A stretch of 63,913 bases of DNA, the filler included, from Octopus bimaculoides (Eukaryota), in assembly GCF_001194135.2 (NCBI RefSeq). It is 6 parts of 6 records of this genome, joined end to end, with 100 filler letters (N's around TTAATTAATTAA, not from the genome) between each part and the next. Parts side by side here need not be neighbours in the genome. Positions count along the whole stretch, not along the records: positions 47,146 to 59,833 come from NC_068984.1; positions 59,934 to 62,645 come from NW_026355841.1; positions 62,746 to 63,913 come from NC_068990.1; 3 more parts are not named here. One strand, written 5' to 3'. Below are positions 52,001 to 63,734 of this stretch, piece by piece. Both the position numbers and the translations under genes were made by a program. The notes beneath the pieces were generated by a model. The model was not told the DNA's origin. It saw nothing but the letters and a program-made list of their open reading frames with translations, and did not search any database. Position 1 is the first letter of the stretch. The number at the start of each line of letters is the position of its first letter.

Positions 52001-52899
52001 CAATCACCAGTCAATTCCTAACTGATCCTCAAGAGTGAGAAGACATCTCACAATTTGCCTATGTGAATATTGTTTGTAAAATATTTGTGACATATTTCCT
52101 TTGTTTCCTGTGTGAGATATTGTTTTGTAGAATGTAACACAAGTTTTTTAAGTGATGGACATTTATATACAAACCATTCTCTGTTTCTGAATGTGAGCTC
52201 ATAGTTCTAATTTTTGTGTAATTGAAGTTAAGCTCCGAGTTACTTAATTTTTGAAGCCACCCATATGAATTTATTTCTCAACAGATTAATGTTTTTGTGC
52301 ATTAATGTTGGTTGCAGATATATTATTTCTTGTTCTTCCCTATTTAATTCCAGATACTGAATGCTAGCCCTTCTTAGACCTTTATAGCATTTGAAGCCTT
52401 TTGAACTCTCACTCCTTTACTGACCCATACAAATTTCCGATTTTGTATTCATGAGCTGAAAGTCATGAACAGGAAGCAATTTGTCTTTTATGAGACAAAT
52501 GTCCAATAAATTAATTAGGCTAATAGCTATTGTATTATTTTATCAATCTATCCTCAGATGAAAAGAACAAAAGAAAGTGTGGTGGCTGTTAGATAAAAGA
52601 AAATACTCAGGAGGAAGATCAAAGGAGTGAAGAGACACTGACGAACTATCCATTTCATGAAGAAACTGAACTACTACTACTGAATTCGAAGCAGTTTCTA
52701 AATACAAACCATCACCAAATTTAAATGATTCTTCAACTTCCAGCAATTTGTCAGTTTCAATGGAGAACACAACAAAAAAATGCCAGTTATTGATTTAAAA
52801 GATGCTGGTCAAATTCCAGGCAAAATTGACAATGACATACTGGTACATTAGGTTTCGTCTGTAGTTCAGTATCTTATTTCTGATTTCCATGAAGTGTTA

Positions 52900-53880
52900 C
52901 TTTAGGGTACATCAGCTAAAAGGTAAACAAGAAAACTGATATTTGAGTAATTTTTTCCAAAAGCTATTCCTAAAGGTGAAAAAATGTTGAAAAGGTGGGT
53001 GGTGTACTCTCTTTCTGAGGATGCTTTATACTCATTTTATTTTATGCAGACTGTCACTCACATTTTAATTTGGTGGCTTTATTCAATGTGAGGTGGAAAG
53101 TGAATCCTAAATTGTTTGAGCATGAATCTAGCATAGCTCAAGTTTAGGCTTTCACAAATGTAAGGAGTTAGAAATTAGAATTGCTTGTAGAACTATAACT
53201 GATAGAAAATTAGTACAAGCTGTTGAAAATGAAATGAAGAAGGGGAAAGAGTTGGTTTTATATGTGGCTGATATCGTTAAATTTGTAGTTGAACAGAAAT
53301 TGGCTTAACATGGTCACCAAGAAGAAAGTGGAATCTGAAGCAATGAAAGATAAAGAAAATTATTTAGGATTACTTCATTTCCTAGTAAACTATGATCTAT
53401 GCAAAGTGACCATCTTCCAAGAATCAGACAGAAAAGATGTTTGCTTCTTCCAGTGTCTCACCCGATATGCTAAATGAAGCTTAGAAAATTTGGAGGAGAA
53501 AATAAGGAGTAAAATCATTAAGAATGCAAAACAAATCAAACACATTTTGGTGTTATTGGAAAGTACTTCAATATTCCATACAAAGAACAAACAAGCCAAA
53601 TTTTATACCAAGCTGTGATTGATGGAGATAAAGGGAAGATTGTGCAATCATTTGTTGCCTTCATAACAACCAAACATAAAATTGCCGAGAATATCACAAC
53701 TATGATTTTGTGAAAATTAAAACTGTTTTAACTGATGTTCAAAATTACAAAGTACAAGCATGTGACAATGTGGCTACTGATGGCTGGTCAATATATTGTG
53801 TTCAGAGATTATGACTGAAATTAATCAGAAGACAGAATTGGATACTCGAGCAAATCATACACATGACATATAAAATATAT
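52900..53880 (+). mobile_element. Second hAT (ZMYM1-like) remnant
   Basis: KRWVVYSLSEDALY, ADIVKFVVEQKLA*HGH, NYLGLLHFLVNYD, KEQTSQI and QACDNVA across frameshifts. Confidence 0.75.
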
Positions 53881-54004
53881 TTGAACTATAAACATGTTTT
53901 GGTCCCCAGTGCGTAGAAATGGGAATGTGATATCAACTTGCTGCTATTTCACTAAGGAATCCACACATATAAATTCTCATTTGGATCCAGTTACAGATAT
54001 TTTA

Positions 54005-54190
54005 TCATACTTTAACGTCTGCTGTCTATGTTAGCAGGGGCTGGAAGGTTTGAGAGGATCTGGCCAGCTGGAGAACTGCCCAGGTTCTGATTGTCTGTTT
54101 TGGTATGGTTCTTAAGGCAGGATACCCTTCCTAATTCCAGCTACTTTACAGAGTGTACTGGGTGCTTTACTTTGTACTGGCACATGTTCT
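54005..54190 (-). mobile_element. Family D repeat
   Basis: tttaacgtctgc...ggatacccttcctaattccagctactttacagagtgtactgggtgcttt. Confidence 0.65.
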
Positions 54191-55239
54191 TTTATGTGTT
54201 ACTGGACAGGTACTTTTACATGGAACCAGCATGTGTGTACACTAATTTTGGAAACCAAAATTTAAACTGAAACTTTAAAAATTCTCTTAAACTAATCCTA
54301 AATACTACTGATGATAGCAATCTCACCCCTCTCTTTAACTTTGCCTTTCTAAAACTAATATAGCCACTAACAACTTGACCAACTCTCCCTTTGGGACTCC
54401 TGACTTGCTCCTCATTATGCACAAGCATCTTTCTTCTCCTTTTAGACAACAGTGTTTACACACTAATGCTTCTGCATCTCAGTGACTAGCATAATATAGT
54501 ATTCATTATCATAAATCCTCTGTAAACTGCAACCCACTAATGGTTTGCCACAATTTCCTCACTAACTCATTTCTCATTAAGGTGAATCTGATATAAAAAC
54601 TTAATTTTTATTACAAACACTCCCTCTTCTTCTTATCTCTCAAAATAGAGTCTGAATATATATATCTAAGACTTTCCAAAAAGTGAATTTAATGGTCCTT
54701 ACACTATCAAAACTATGACCGTTCATATACCTGGATAAAAATATATATAACCCTTTATCATATTAGCTCTTATTTATTACTCCATTATCTTCTCTGTTCT
54801 ATATTTTTATCAACAAATTAATTTTTTATTTTCTCCCATTAATAATACGATTTTAAATACATCTTTAAACAAGTTCATACTAGCTACAATGTTTATCCAT
54901 TATCTTTGCCATCATCATCGCCGTCGTCGTCGTCATCATCATCATCATCATCGTCGTCGTCATCATCATCATCATCACCCATTACAACTTCACCAAGATT
55001 AATTATTATGATTTACATAATCACTTTTATTATCAGCAACTTTATTACTACAATTTTTACTATTAACACCTCTATCAACATTTCTATGAACATTTTTACG
55101 ATAAATGTCATCATTAACTTTATTACTGTTACTTTCTGCAATACTATTACGAGGCTGATGATGGCGACAATGAAGGCAATGAAGATGACAACGACGACGA
55201 TGATGGTGACGATAAGGAGGAGGAGGCGGAGTCAACATT

Positions 55240-55849
55240 ATAAAATCAAAACTGTTAACAAATGGTATAGCCATCTCCCAGAAGCTATAACTGAGGAAGA
55301 AAATGTAACAATTTTGGGGAACTTTCCAGTACATGCAGACAAAACTATCAAGGCTAATAAACAGGATATTGTTGTAAAAGACCACAATAATAACACTTGT
55401 TTATTGATTGACATGAGTATCCCTTGTGATCATAATATTCCAGCAAAAGAATTTGACAAACTCAGAAAATATAAAGATTTGCTCATTGAAACCAAACCTA
55501 CGCAACATCTCCAGACAATTGCAATATCAGTGATTGTAGGTGCACTAGGAATGATCAAAAATGGAAATGGAAATTAGTTGATAATGACACTTTGCCTACC
55601 ATCCTTGCAAGAAGTGCAAAAGATTGTTTTGATTTGTACTTCACACATTGAGAAGAGCATTGTTGCTGTGAGAACGATTACCATTGATGTGAATAATTTT
55701 TTCTTCATAACTTTATTTGATTTTGTAAATGAACAACTTTGGTTTGTTAATTTTAATGGCCTATAAATGTATACAATGAGTTTCTTTAACCCAGGTGTCT
55801 GGAAAACCCTTGGCAAGAAATGGAAACAACACTGAAGGAAGAAGAAAAA
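55240..55849 (+). mobile_element. R4/Dong 3' fragment (RLE domain plus 3' UTR) ending at (TAA)n
   Basis: KWYSHLP..VTILGNFPVHADKTIKANKQDIVVKD..CLLIDMSIPCD..KLRKYKDL..VIVGALG. Confidence 0.9.
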
Positions 55850-55893
55850 CTAATAATAATAATAATAATAATAATAATAGTAATAATAATAAT

Positions 55894-56965
55894 GAGAGAC
55901 CCAAAGAGAGCGAATAATGCAGGTATCAACAAAGCCCTTACCAATCAATGGCTAATGGCCTCTGGCTTGAAATCAGAAACAGAGGGGTTTATCATAGCAG
56001 TCCAAGATCAATGCCTACCTACAAAGAACTACCAGGCCAACATATTAAAGAATGGCAGCTCCCCATTATGTCGTATATGCCAACAACAAAATGAGACCAT
56101 CGATCATGTTGTCTCCATGTGCAGTCTGCTTGTGCCTACAGAGTATCTCAACAGGCATGATAGAGCTGCACAATATATTCACTTGGTAATATGCAAAAAC
56201 CTGGACTTGCCCCATGATAAAAACTGGTGGGAACACAAACCACCCCAGTACTTGAAAATGATCACATCACACTCCTCTGGAACTTCACCATTCAAACTGA
56301 CAGAAAGATAGATGCAANNNNNNNNNNNNNNNNNNNNNNNNNNNNNNNNNNNNNNNNNNNNNNNNNNNNNNNNNNNNNNNNNNNNNNNNNNNNNNNNNNN
56401 NNNNNNNNNNNNNNNNNNNNNNNNNNNNNNNNNNNNNNNNNNNNNNNNNNNNNNNNNNNNNNNNNNNNNNNNNNNNNNNNNNNNNNNNNNNNNNNNNNNN
56501 NNNNNNNNNNNNNNNNNNNNNNNNNNNNNNNNNNNNNNNNNNNNNNNNNNNNNNNNNNNNNNNNNNNNNNNNNNNNNNNNNNNNNNNNNNNNNNNNNNNN
56601 NNNNNNNNNNNNNNNNNNNNNNNNNNNNNNNNNNNNNNNNNNNNNNNNNNNNNNNNNNNNNNNNNNNNNNNNNNNNNNNNNNNNNNNNNNNNNNNNNNNN
56701 NNNNNNNNNNNNNNNNNNNNAGTGCTGATGGAAACTGCCCATATCCTACGTAAAATACTGTCTATGTGATCTCAAATTTTAAAACAAACACATAATTTTC
56801 TTATGGTTTCTTAAACATTCTCTAGAACAACACTATATACAAATCCAAATATATGGTACCCTAGGCATAACATCTACATGAACTTCTAACTTGTTGTCTC
56901 TTGAGGTCTCTGGGTGAGACTTGGATCCAACTTGTACAAATGCAAAACAAAAGTCAAACATAAAA
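55894..56965 (+). mobile_element. Younger 5'-truncated R4/Dong element between (TAA)n tracts (partly in a gap)
   Basis: GLKSETEGFIIAVQDQ..CRICQQQNETIDHVVSMC..RHD..NWWEHKP / LWNFTIQTDRKIDA, gap, then ETAHILRKILSM* and a UTR ending aataataat. Confidence 0.9.
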
Positions 56966-56992
56966 TAATAATGATTATTATTATTATTATCA

Positions 56993-57034
<42 letters not shown>

Positions 57035-57035
<1 letters not shown>

Positions 57036-57220
57036 AAGTGGTGAGGTGGCAGAATTGTTATGATGCCAGTCAAAATGCTCATCTGTCTTTTACACTCTAA
57101 GTTCAAATTCCACCAAGGTTGACTTCGATCCTCATTCTTTTAGGGTTAATAAATTAACCTCAAAGGGATGTTATCAACTAGTACCCTATCCCCAAATGTC
57201 AGGCCTTGTGCCTATAGTAT
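57035..57220 (+). mobile_element. SINE family A, CpG-depleted
   Basis: ggtgaggtggcagaattgtt...ccaccaaggttgac, i.e. the family sequence with CG changed to TG/CA. Confidence 0.75.
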
Positions 57221-59933
57221 TTAGGTATACTTCCAGTTCTTGTTTATTTAATAACATAATACATAACCGGGATTGGGTTCTTGTCCTATTCTCCAGTTTT
57301 AACATAAAATTCGATGTTTATTAGTATTGTTGTTTATTGTGGACATGATTGTCCACACAATCAGAATGTTGAAGACAAATTACTAATTGATCATCAACAG
57401 AATGAAGCCACTAAATGTAAAAGTGAATATCACAGAGCAAATATTGCTGCTGAATGATTAAAAAGAAAAAAAGAGATAATAATAATGACTCTCAGAAGCT
57501 CCTTAAAAGAAGTAAATTAAGGAATTTTCAATTCATACAGCCCAAGTTATATCACCTCGGAATATGAACGTTAAATGATGATAATGATGATGATAAAGAG
57601 GAGGGGGAGAAGGAGGATATATGTATGTACATGCAGGGCAATAGTGCAGACTCCATATGACAACTCAAGATGTAAAATAGAAATAGGACATACAAAAACA
57701 GTCGAGTTATTTTTACCTTAATGTAATGGCACTGAGAAAGCATTTCTACAAACAACATTAGATTTCTTAAGAAACTCAAATTTTGTATCCCCTATGATGT
57801 GAAATAATTAGCCTAATTTGCTTCTTGTTACTATAAATCCTTTCTGCTTCAATTAAATTACTTCACCCATTTTATATTAGCTTGCTTGCAGTCATCTCTG
57901 ATCCAACAATAAAGAACTTCTTGTTATAAAGAGTTAATGTTTAAATTAAAACATTTAATAATGACTTTTCCTAAAAACTTTTTATTGAGTTATATTTCAA
58001 ATACAAACTTGATTATGAAAAGTTTAATCATAATGAATTTCTTTAAATTCTTTAGTATCTGTAAAAGGAATAAAAGCAAGTAAGCAGTGTACTTAACAAG
58101 AAATATAGTTACCAATTGTTTTACATATTTGCCAAAAGTATTTGTTTTCTTTCTAACAACCATATGTTTTTACCTCCTGCATATACCCCTACAGAAAATT
58201 ATAGCCCACTAGGCAAAAAGCAAACTAAAGGTGATAACCATTTATCTAAATCAAATATGCCTCTTCTCTTCAAGGCCAGAAACTATTTCAGACCTAATAA
58301 TCTCTGATAGTCTACAAAACCCAGAAGGGCTCCACAGTAGAGTAGTTCTCCCACATCTGGATCAGTACCACCACTACACATGCAAATAACCTGTATTGAA
58401 CCAAAGGAAAGAAAACATGGCTGATTGGGATAACAATACTCAGATACACTCCAGACTTTGAACTACAGCTGTTTAGTCTTCTGTTTCTGCTTTGGAGCTA
58501 GCTGGTCTCATACCACCTTTACACGGGAAGATCCAAATCTTGCCTCTCACCTCTTCTCATTACCAATGTATTCAAACCAGTAGATGTATCTAATATTTCA
58601 TATCTGCACTAACAGATATGCCTAATATTTCAAACCTTAAATTCCCATTCTGCTAACTTTTCTACAACTGTCAACTTGCAGTTATTTATGTGAAATATTA
58701 ATGATGTCAATCTCATTAGTAATGCAAGGGTCTATGAAGGCAGTGGCCATGGCCCTTTCTTCTAAATTCATCAAAAATAAAAGGTCTCAAGTCTACATGT
58801 GCCTCATTAGCACCTAAAATCTGACCAGTCAATCTATACCAGTATGGGAAACAGTCTTTAAATGAAGATGATGGTGATTTAGAAAGATAATATTTCTTAG
58901 ATACTTTTGATGCAATCAGATCATCAACATTTAGAAAGATTGCATTCAAGAGTCTAGATTAATACTAAGCAGAACAGAAGATAATAGCTTAATCAGAAAC
59001 ACCATGTTCTACAGCATAAAACACTGTTTTGGCTTCTGATAAAATACCATAGTGCTTGCAACAACAATTTCTTAACTTTAGAAACAAGCAAAAACTGCCT
59101 TCCAAATATTAAAAAGCTAATGTTTTATATGTTATTGATGTTACAGAATTATTGTTGAAAATAGTATCAGGTTCCATCTCATAAGATATCATATCTAACA
59201 GTACTAAGTGATATTATATCCAACAGCACTAAGACAAACCTCTTGTAAACAGGTTATCAATGTATGCATATGGTTTCTTTTAAAATTTCAAAAAGATTTC
59301 AATACTTGAAAAGTTAGTTTGTTTTTTTATTTTCTTAAAACATAAAATACATAATTGAACAAAATTCACATATGTATTGTAATGATTTGGAAAGCAGACA
59401 TCCCTGATAAAAATAAAGCTAATCAGAGTAATGTAGAATGAGTGGTGAGCATGGAGATCTACAGTTATATTGAGTAGAAATAATTCTTTCATGTACAACA
59501 AAAATGAATAAACTTGTCAAAAATGAGATAGTAACATACATATATGTGTTAGCTAATAAAAATTCAGAAACGATATTTAACAAAAGATTTACTAAAGTAT
59601 TTATACCTATAGGATTACAGATTCTAATAAAAAGTAAATAGAAAATAAATATAAAAATATAAAAATAGTAGGTGATATATATATATGTGAGTAAAAATAA
59701 ATACAAAAAAAAAGGGGTTTTGTATGATCGTGTACAGAGGAATATATTATTTTATTTAAAAGAGTTCCAACTCTGTCTGTTTTTTATGTTTTTTATTCAT
59801 ATTCTTGTAAAATTTATGTGGGATATAGAATATNNNNNNNNNNNNNNNNNNNNNNNNNNNNNNNNNNNNNNNNNNNNTTAATTAATTAANNNNNNNNNNN
59901 NNNNNNNNNNNNNNNNNNNNNNNNNNNNNNNNN

Positions 59934-59966
<33 letters not shown>

Positions 59967-60229
59967 TATATGAATGGAACAAAAACGCAATAGAGAGCAT
60001 TAAAATGTTCGGACAGATAGACGACACAAAGGCTGAGAAACAACAATTAGAAGGACAGGCAAAAAATGACGGGTCACCCTTGGCTTTCTTCCATCAGTCA
60101 AGTACCAGAAGTCACGACCATTTCGCTGACCATAAAAACCTAATTACCACCCCCACATAGACCCACTTACCCAAAGGTGATTTTAACTCAACACAGACTA
60201 CATAAAAACAGGACTGACTCTAATGTATC

Positions 60230-60274
60230 GCAGTCCGATGATGGCTTAGCTGGCCGAAACTTCCAAGTCACTAC
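60230..60274 (+). ncRNA. Type I hammerhead-like fold, third family, U4C core
   Basis: GCAGT-CCGATGA-T-GGCT(tagct)GGCC-GAA-ACTT(cc)AAGT-C|ACTAC: GUC triplet, stems II and III pair, stem I 4 of 5 pairs. Confidence 0.6.
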
Positions 60275-62745
60275 CAACAACGTTCTGGTTTAAGAATAAT
60301 ACATACATACATATATATATATATCTGAGTTAGAGGTTAAGTAACCATCTAAGGGATATCAAATAGAAACAGTTGTTAGAGTTTACTACTTTTACACTCA
60401 GTATTTCTTATTCATTTATTTATATTTATATATTTATCTACTTATTTATTGGCTTATTTATTGGCTTATTGCAAACAAAACGTAGACAAGAAAACACACA
60501 AGCCACATAGAGAACATTTTCCTTCATCAGCTACCCCCGTTTTAACACCGGTGTTTCGAAGAGCTAGATACATACATACATACATACAGACATACATACA
60601 TACATACATACTATGTATATTGTGAGTGTGTATTGGTGGGTATACACCTCAGTTTGAACAGCCGCGTGGGCATGGTTTTATCTCTAATATTAATTCTAAA
60701 TTAATATTTCCTTCCAGTCCCTGTACAGAGAAATAAACCATCAACTTTGGACAAAGCTAAATTTAATAGGCTTTGTACCATAAGCACATATTTCACACGT
60801 ACTGCACAAATACGCAACAAGCAACTTACGTTTAAAAACAAACACCACCACAATACAAGAAAGAGAGGGAAAAGAAAGAGGGTTAGTAAGGACACATGTA
60901 AATTCACAGGTAAACAGAATATTTGAAACTAAGAGTGACTAATGTTGAGCTATGTTCAAATATTAAATAATAGCCAACAAACCCGTAGGCCCGATGATTC
61001 GACAAAACCAAAACAAAAGAAAGAAATGGATGAAGTAAAGAAAATTCTTCCCCAAAGGTCCATCAAAACGTGTTAGTCAGGTCACAGATGTATAATGAAT
61101 ATTTTGGCACCTCGAGAAATAAACGAAAATTGAATATAGCAGTTTTTGTGAGTTTTTAACTGGCTAAGAAAGATGTTCCGTCATGTAATTTTCAGTATGA
61201 TGCATACGTAGATGCATAGAGACAGACAGGTAAGTAGGTAGTTAGATGGATAGACAGAGATAGNNNNNNNNNNNNNNNNNNNNNNNNNNNNNNNNNNNNN
61301 NNNNNNNNNNNNNNNNNNNNNNNNNNNNNNNNNNNNNNNNNNNNNNNNNNNNNNNNNNNNNNNNNNNNNNNNNNNNNNNNNNNNNNNNNNNNNNNNNNNN
61401 NNNNNNNNNNNNNNNNNNNNNNNNNNNNNNNNNNNNNNNNNNNNNNNNNNNNNNNNNNNNNNNNNNNNNNNNNNNNNNNNNNNNNNNNNNNNNNNNNNNN
61501 NNNNNNNNNNNNNNNNNNNNNNNNNNNNNNNNNNNNNNNNNNNNNNNNNNNNNNNNNNNNNNNNNNNNNNNNNNNNNNNNNNNNNNNNNNNNNNNNNNNN
61601 NNNNNNNNNNNNNNNNNNNNNNNNNNNNNNNNNNNNNNNNNNNNNNNNNNNNNNNNNNNNNNNNNNNNNNNNNNNNNNNNNNNNNNNNNNNNNNNNNNNN
61701 NNNNNNNNNNNNNNNNNNNNNNNNNNNNNNNNNNNNNNNNNNNNNNNNNNNNNNNNNNNNNNNNNNNNNNNNNNNNNNNNNNNNNNNNNNNNNNNNNNNN
61801 NNNNNNNNNNNNNNNNNNNNNNNNNNNNNNNNNNNNNNNNNNNNNNNNNNNNNNNNNNNNNNNNNNNNNNNNNNNNNNNNNNNNNNNNNNNNNNNNNNNN
61901 NNNNNNNNNNNNNNNNNNNNNNNNNNNNNNNNNNNNNNNNNNNNNNNNNNNNNNNNNNNNNNNNNNNNNNNNNNNNNNNNNNNNNNNNNNNNTATACATA
62001 CACACCAGTACGCATACACACATATAATGTACATACTACACATGATGGTGGTGCTGCTGGTGGTGCTGGTGCTGGTGTTCTTCCCTCCGTCGTGGTGGTC
62101 ACGGAGGTTGTGCAGCCAGGCCGTGGGTGTAGTTAGTGTTCGTTGTGGTGGTCTTGATGGTATAGCTGCTGATGGTGGTGGCGGTAGTGCTGGTGATGGT
62201 ATGGTAATGGTATTGTGGTTTGGGCAACGGTGTCCTGGTGTTAGTCTGGCGCTGGTGTAAGCAGAATTGATAAAGCTATGGAGTTGCTGATGATGATGAT
62301 GATGATGATGATCATAATCATGAAGATGGCGATGATAATGATGACAAAATGACAGAACTGAGAAATCTTTGCTTATCCTACCGCCCCCTCCTCATATAAT
62401 AATTTCTATTCTAGGGGACAAAAATGTTTGACCCCTGACAGGGAACACAGCAAAGTCTTGCAATTTTCTGGTTGTTTTCAATAAATAGCAGCATTTGCTT
62501 CGAGCTGCATCTCTGCTCACATCATTTTTATAAACGCATACACACTGACGCATGCATATACACAGTCTCACTAGCACACACGGTTATATATGTATATAAA
62601 TTCAAAAAAGGATAAAACTTTTTTACAAGAATTTTATCAAGAAGCNNNNNNNNNNNNNNNNNNNNNNNNNNNNNNNNNNNNNNNNNNNNTTAATTAATTA
62701 ANNNNNNNNNNNNNNNNNNNNNNNNNNNNNNNNNNNNNNNNNNNN

Positions 62746-62801
<56 letters not shown>

Positions 62802-62911
62802 TGTATATATCTATACATGTTTATATATATCTATATATATGTATATATATATGTGTGTGTGTGTGTGTAATTCTTTTGGTGAATCTTGAAGCAGATAATG
62901 CTATAAATAAT

Positions 62912-63127
62912 CCTTTCTGCTATAGGAACAAGGCCTGAAATTTTGAGAGAGAGATTAAGTCAATTACATTGACCCCAGTTCTCCACTGGTATTTAGTTTA
63001 TTGGCCCTGAAAGGATGAATGGCCAAGTTGACCTTAGTAGAATTTGAACTCAGATCATAAAGACGGATGAAATACCGCTAAGTATTTTGCCCAGTGGGCT
63101 AACAATTCTGCCAGCTCACTGCCTTAT
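62912..63127 (-). mobile_element. SINE family A with an exact 17-bp TSD
   Basis: ataatgctataaataat at 62895-62911 and 63128-63144. Confidence 0.9.
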
Positions 63128-63423
63128 ATAATGCTATAAATAATAACATGTAAATAGTGGGTTAAAGAAAAAAAAAGCACTTTAGATAGACTAAAGTTGA
63201 AGACTGCCCATGGGACACAAAATCACAACTCCTTTAGCATGATAGGCACTATCTGCTTTGCAGATTTCACAAAGAATTATTTCATGTTCTTTCAAAGTTT
63301 CTAAATTATTATAACATCATGTATATATATAATATTAGGGATAAAAATCCAAATTTACAGGTAAAAACTCAATTAAATTCAATTTATTAAAAATTAAAAT
63401 TAAATTAAGCTTCACAGTATAAA

Positions 63424-63725
63424 ATATAAATATATAGTTTTAGAGAAAAGAACCAAAGTTCATGAACTAATCCATGAAAATCCACAGTCACATATAGAAA
63501 AAGTAATAAGTAAATGCACAATAAATAAATATAATATAATATAAAGTAAATATCATAAGATAATGATAATTATCATAATTATCATTATCTTATGATATTT
63601 ACTTTGTATTATATTATACTTATTTATTGTGCATTTACTTATTACTTTTTTCTATATGTGACTGTGGATTTTCATGGATTAGTTCATGAACTTTGGTTCT
63701 TTTCTCTAAAACTATATATTTATAT
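63424..63725. repeat. Near-perfect 302-bp palindrome (about 150-bp arms, 1-nt centre)
   Basis: Centre at 63574. The arms differ by two transitions and one homopolymer indel. Confidence 0.9.
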
Positions 63726-63734
63726 ATATATACA

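Noticed and set aside
54200-54800. L1/Tx1-like remnant (ORF 54216-54449)
   Set aside because: Composition is suggestive, but the similarity to the 23.6-kb C-terminus is too weak to support a call.
54906-55577. 223-aa ORF as a host gene or domesticated nuclease
   Set aside because: A chance in-frame fusion of (TCA/TCG)n low-complexity DNA with a Dong RLE fragment. The PD motif reads QD and there is no promoter or splice support.
60490-60570. Minus-strand CGAAACACCGGTGTT...CTGATGAAGG as a type II hammerhead
   Set aside because: Stem III is palindromic, but the 13 nt between the triplet and CUGAUGA cannot form stem I, and stem II pairs poorly. A similar failed arrangement lies at ~60085-60130.
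7229-62102. Dozens of long ORFs made of YIYI, CVCV, HTHT, ERER, poly-I/N/L or X
   Set aside because: They are translations of microsatellites and N gaps, not genes.
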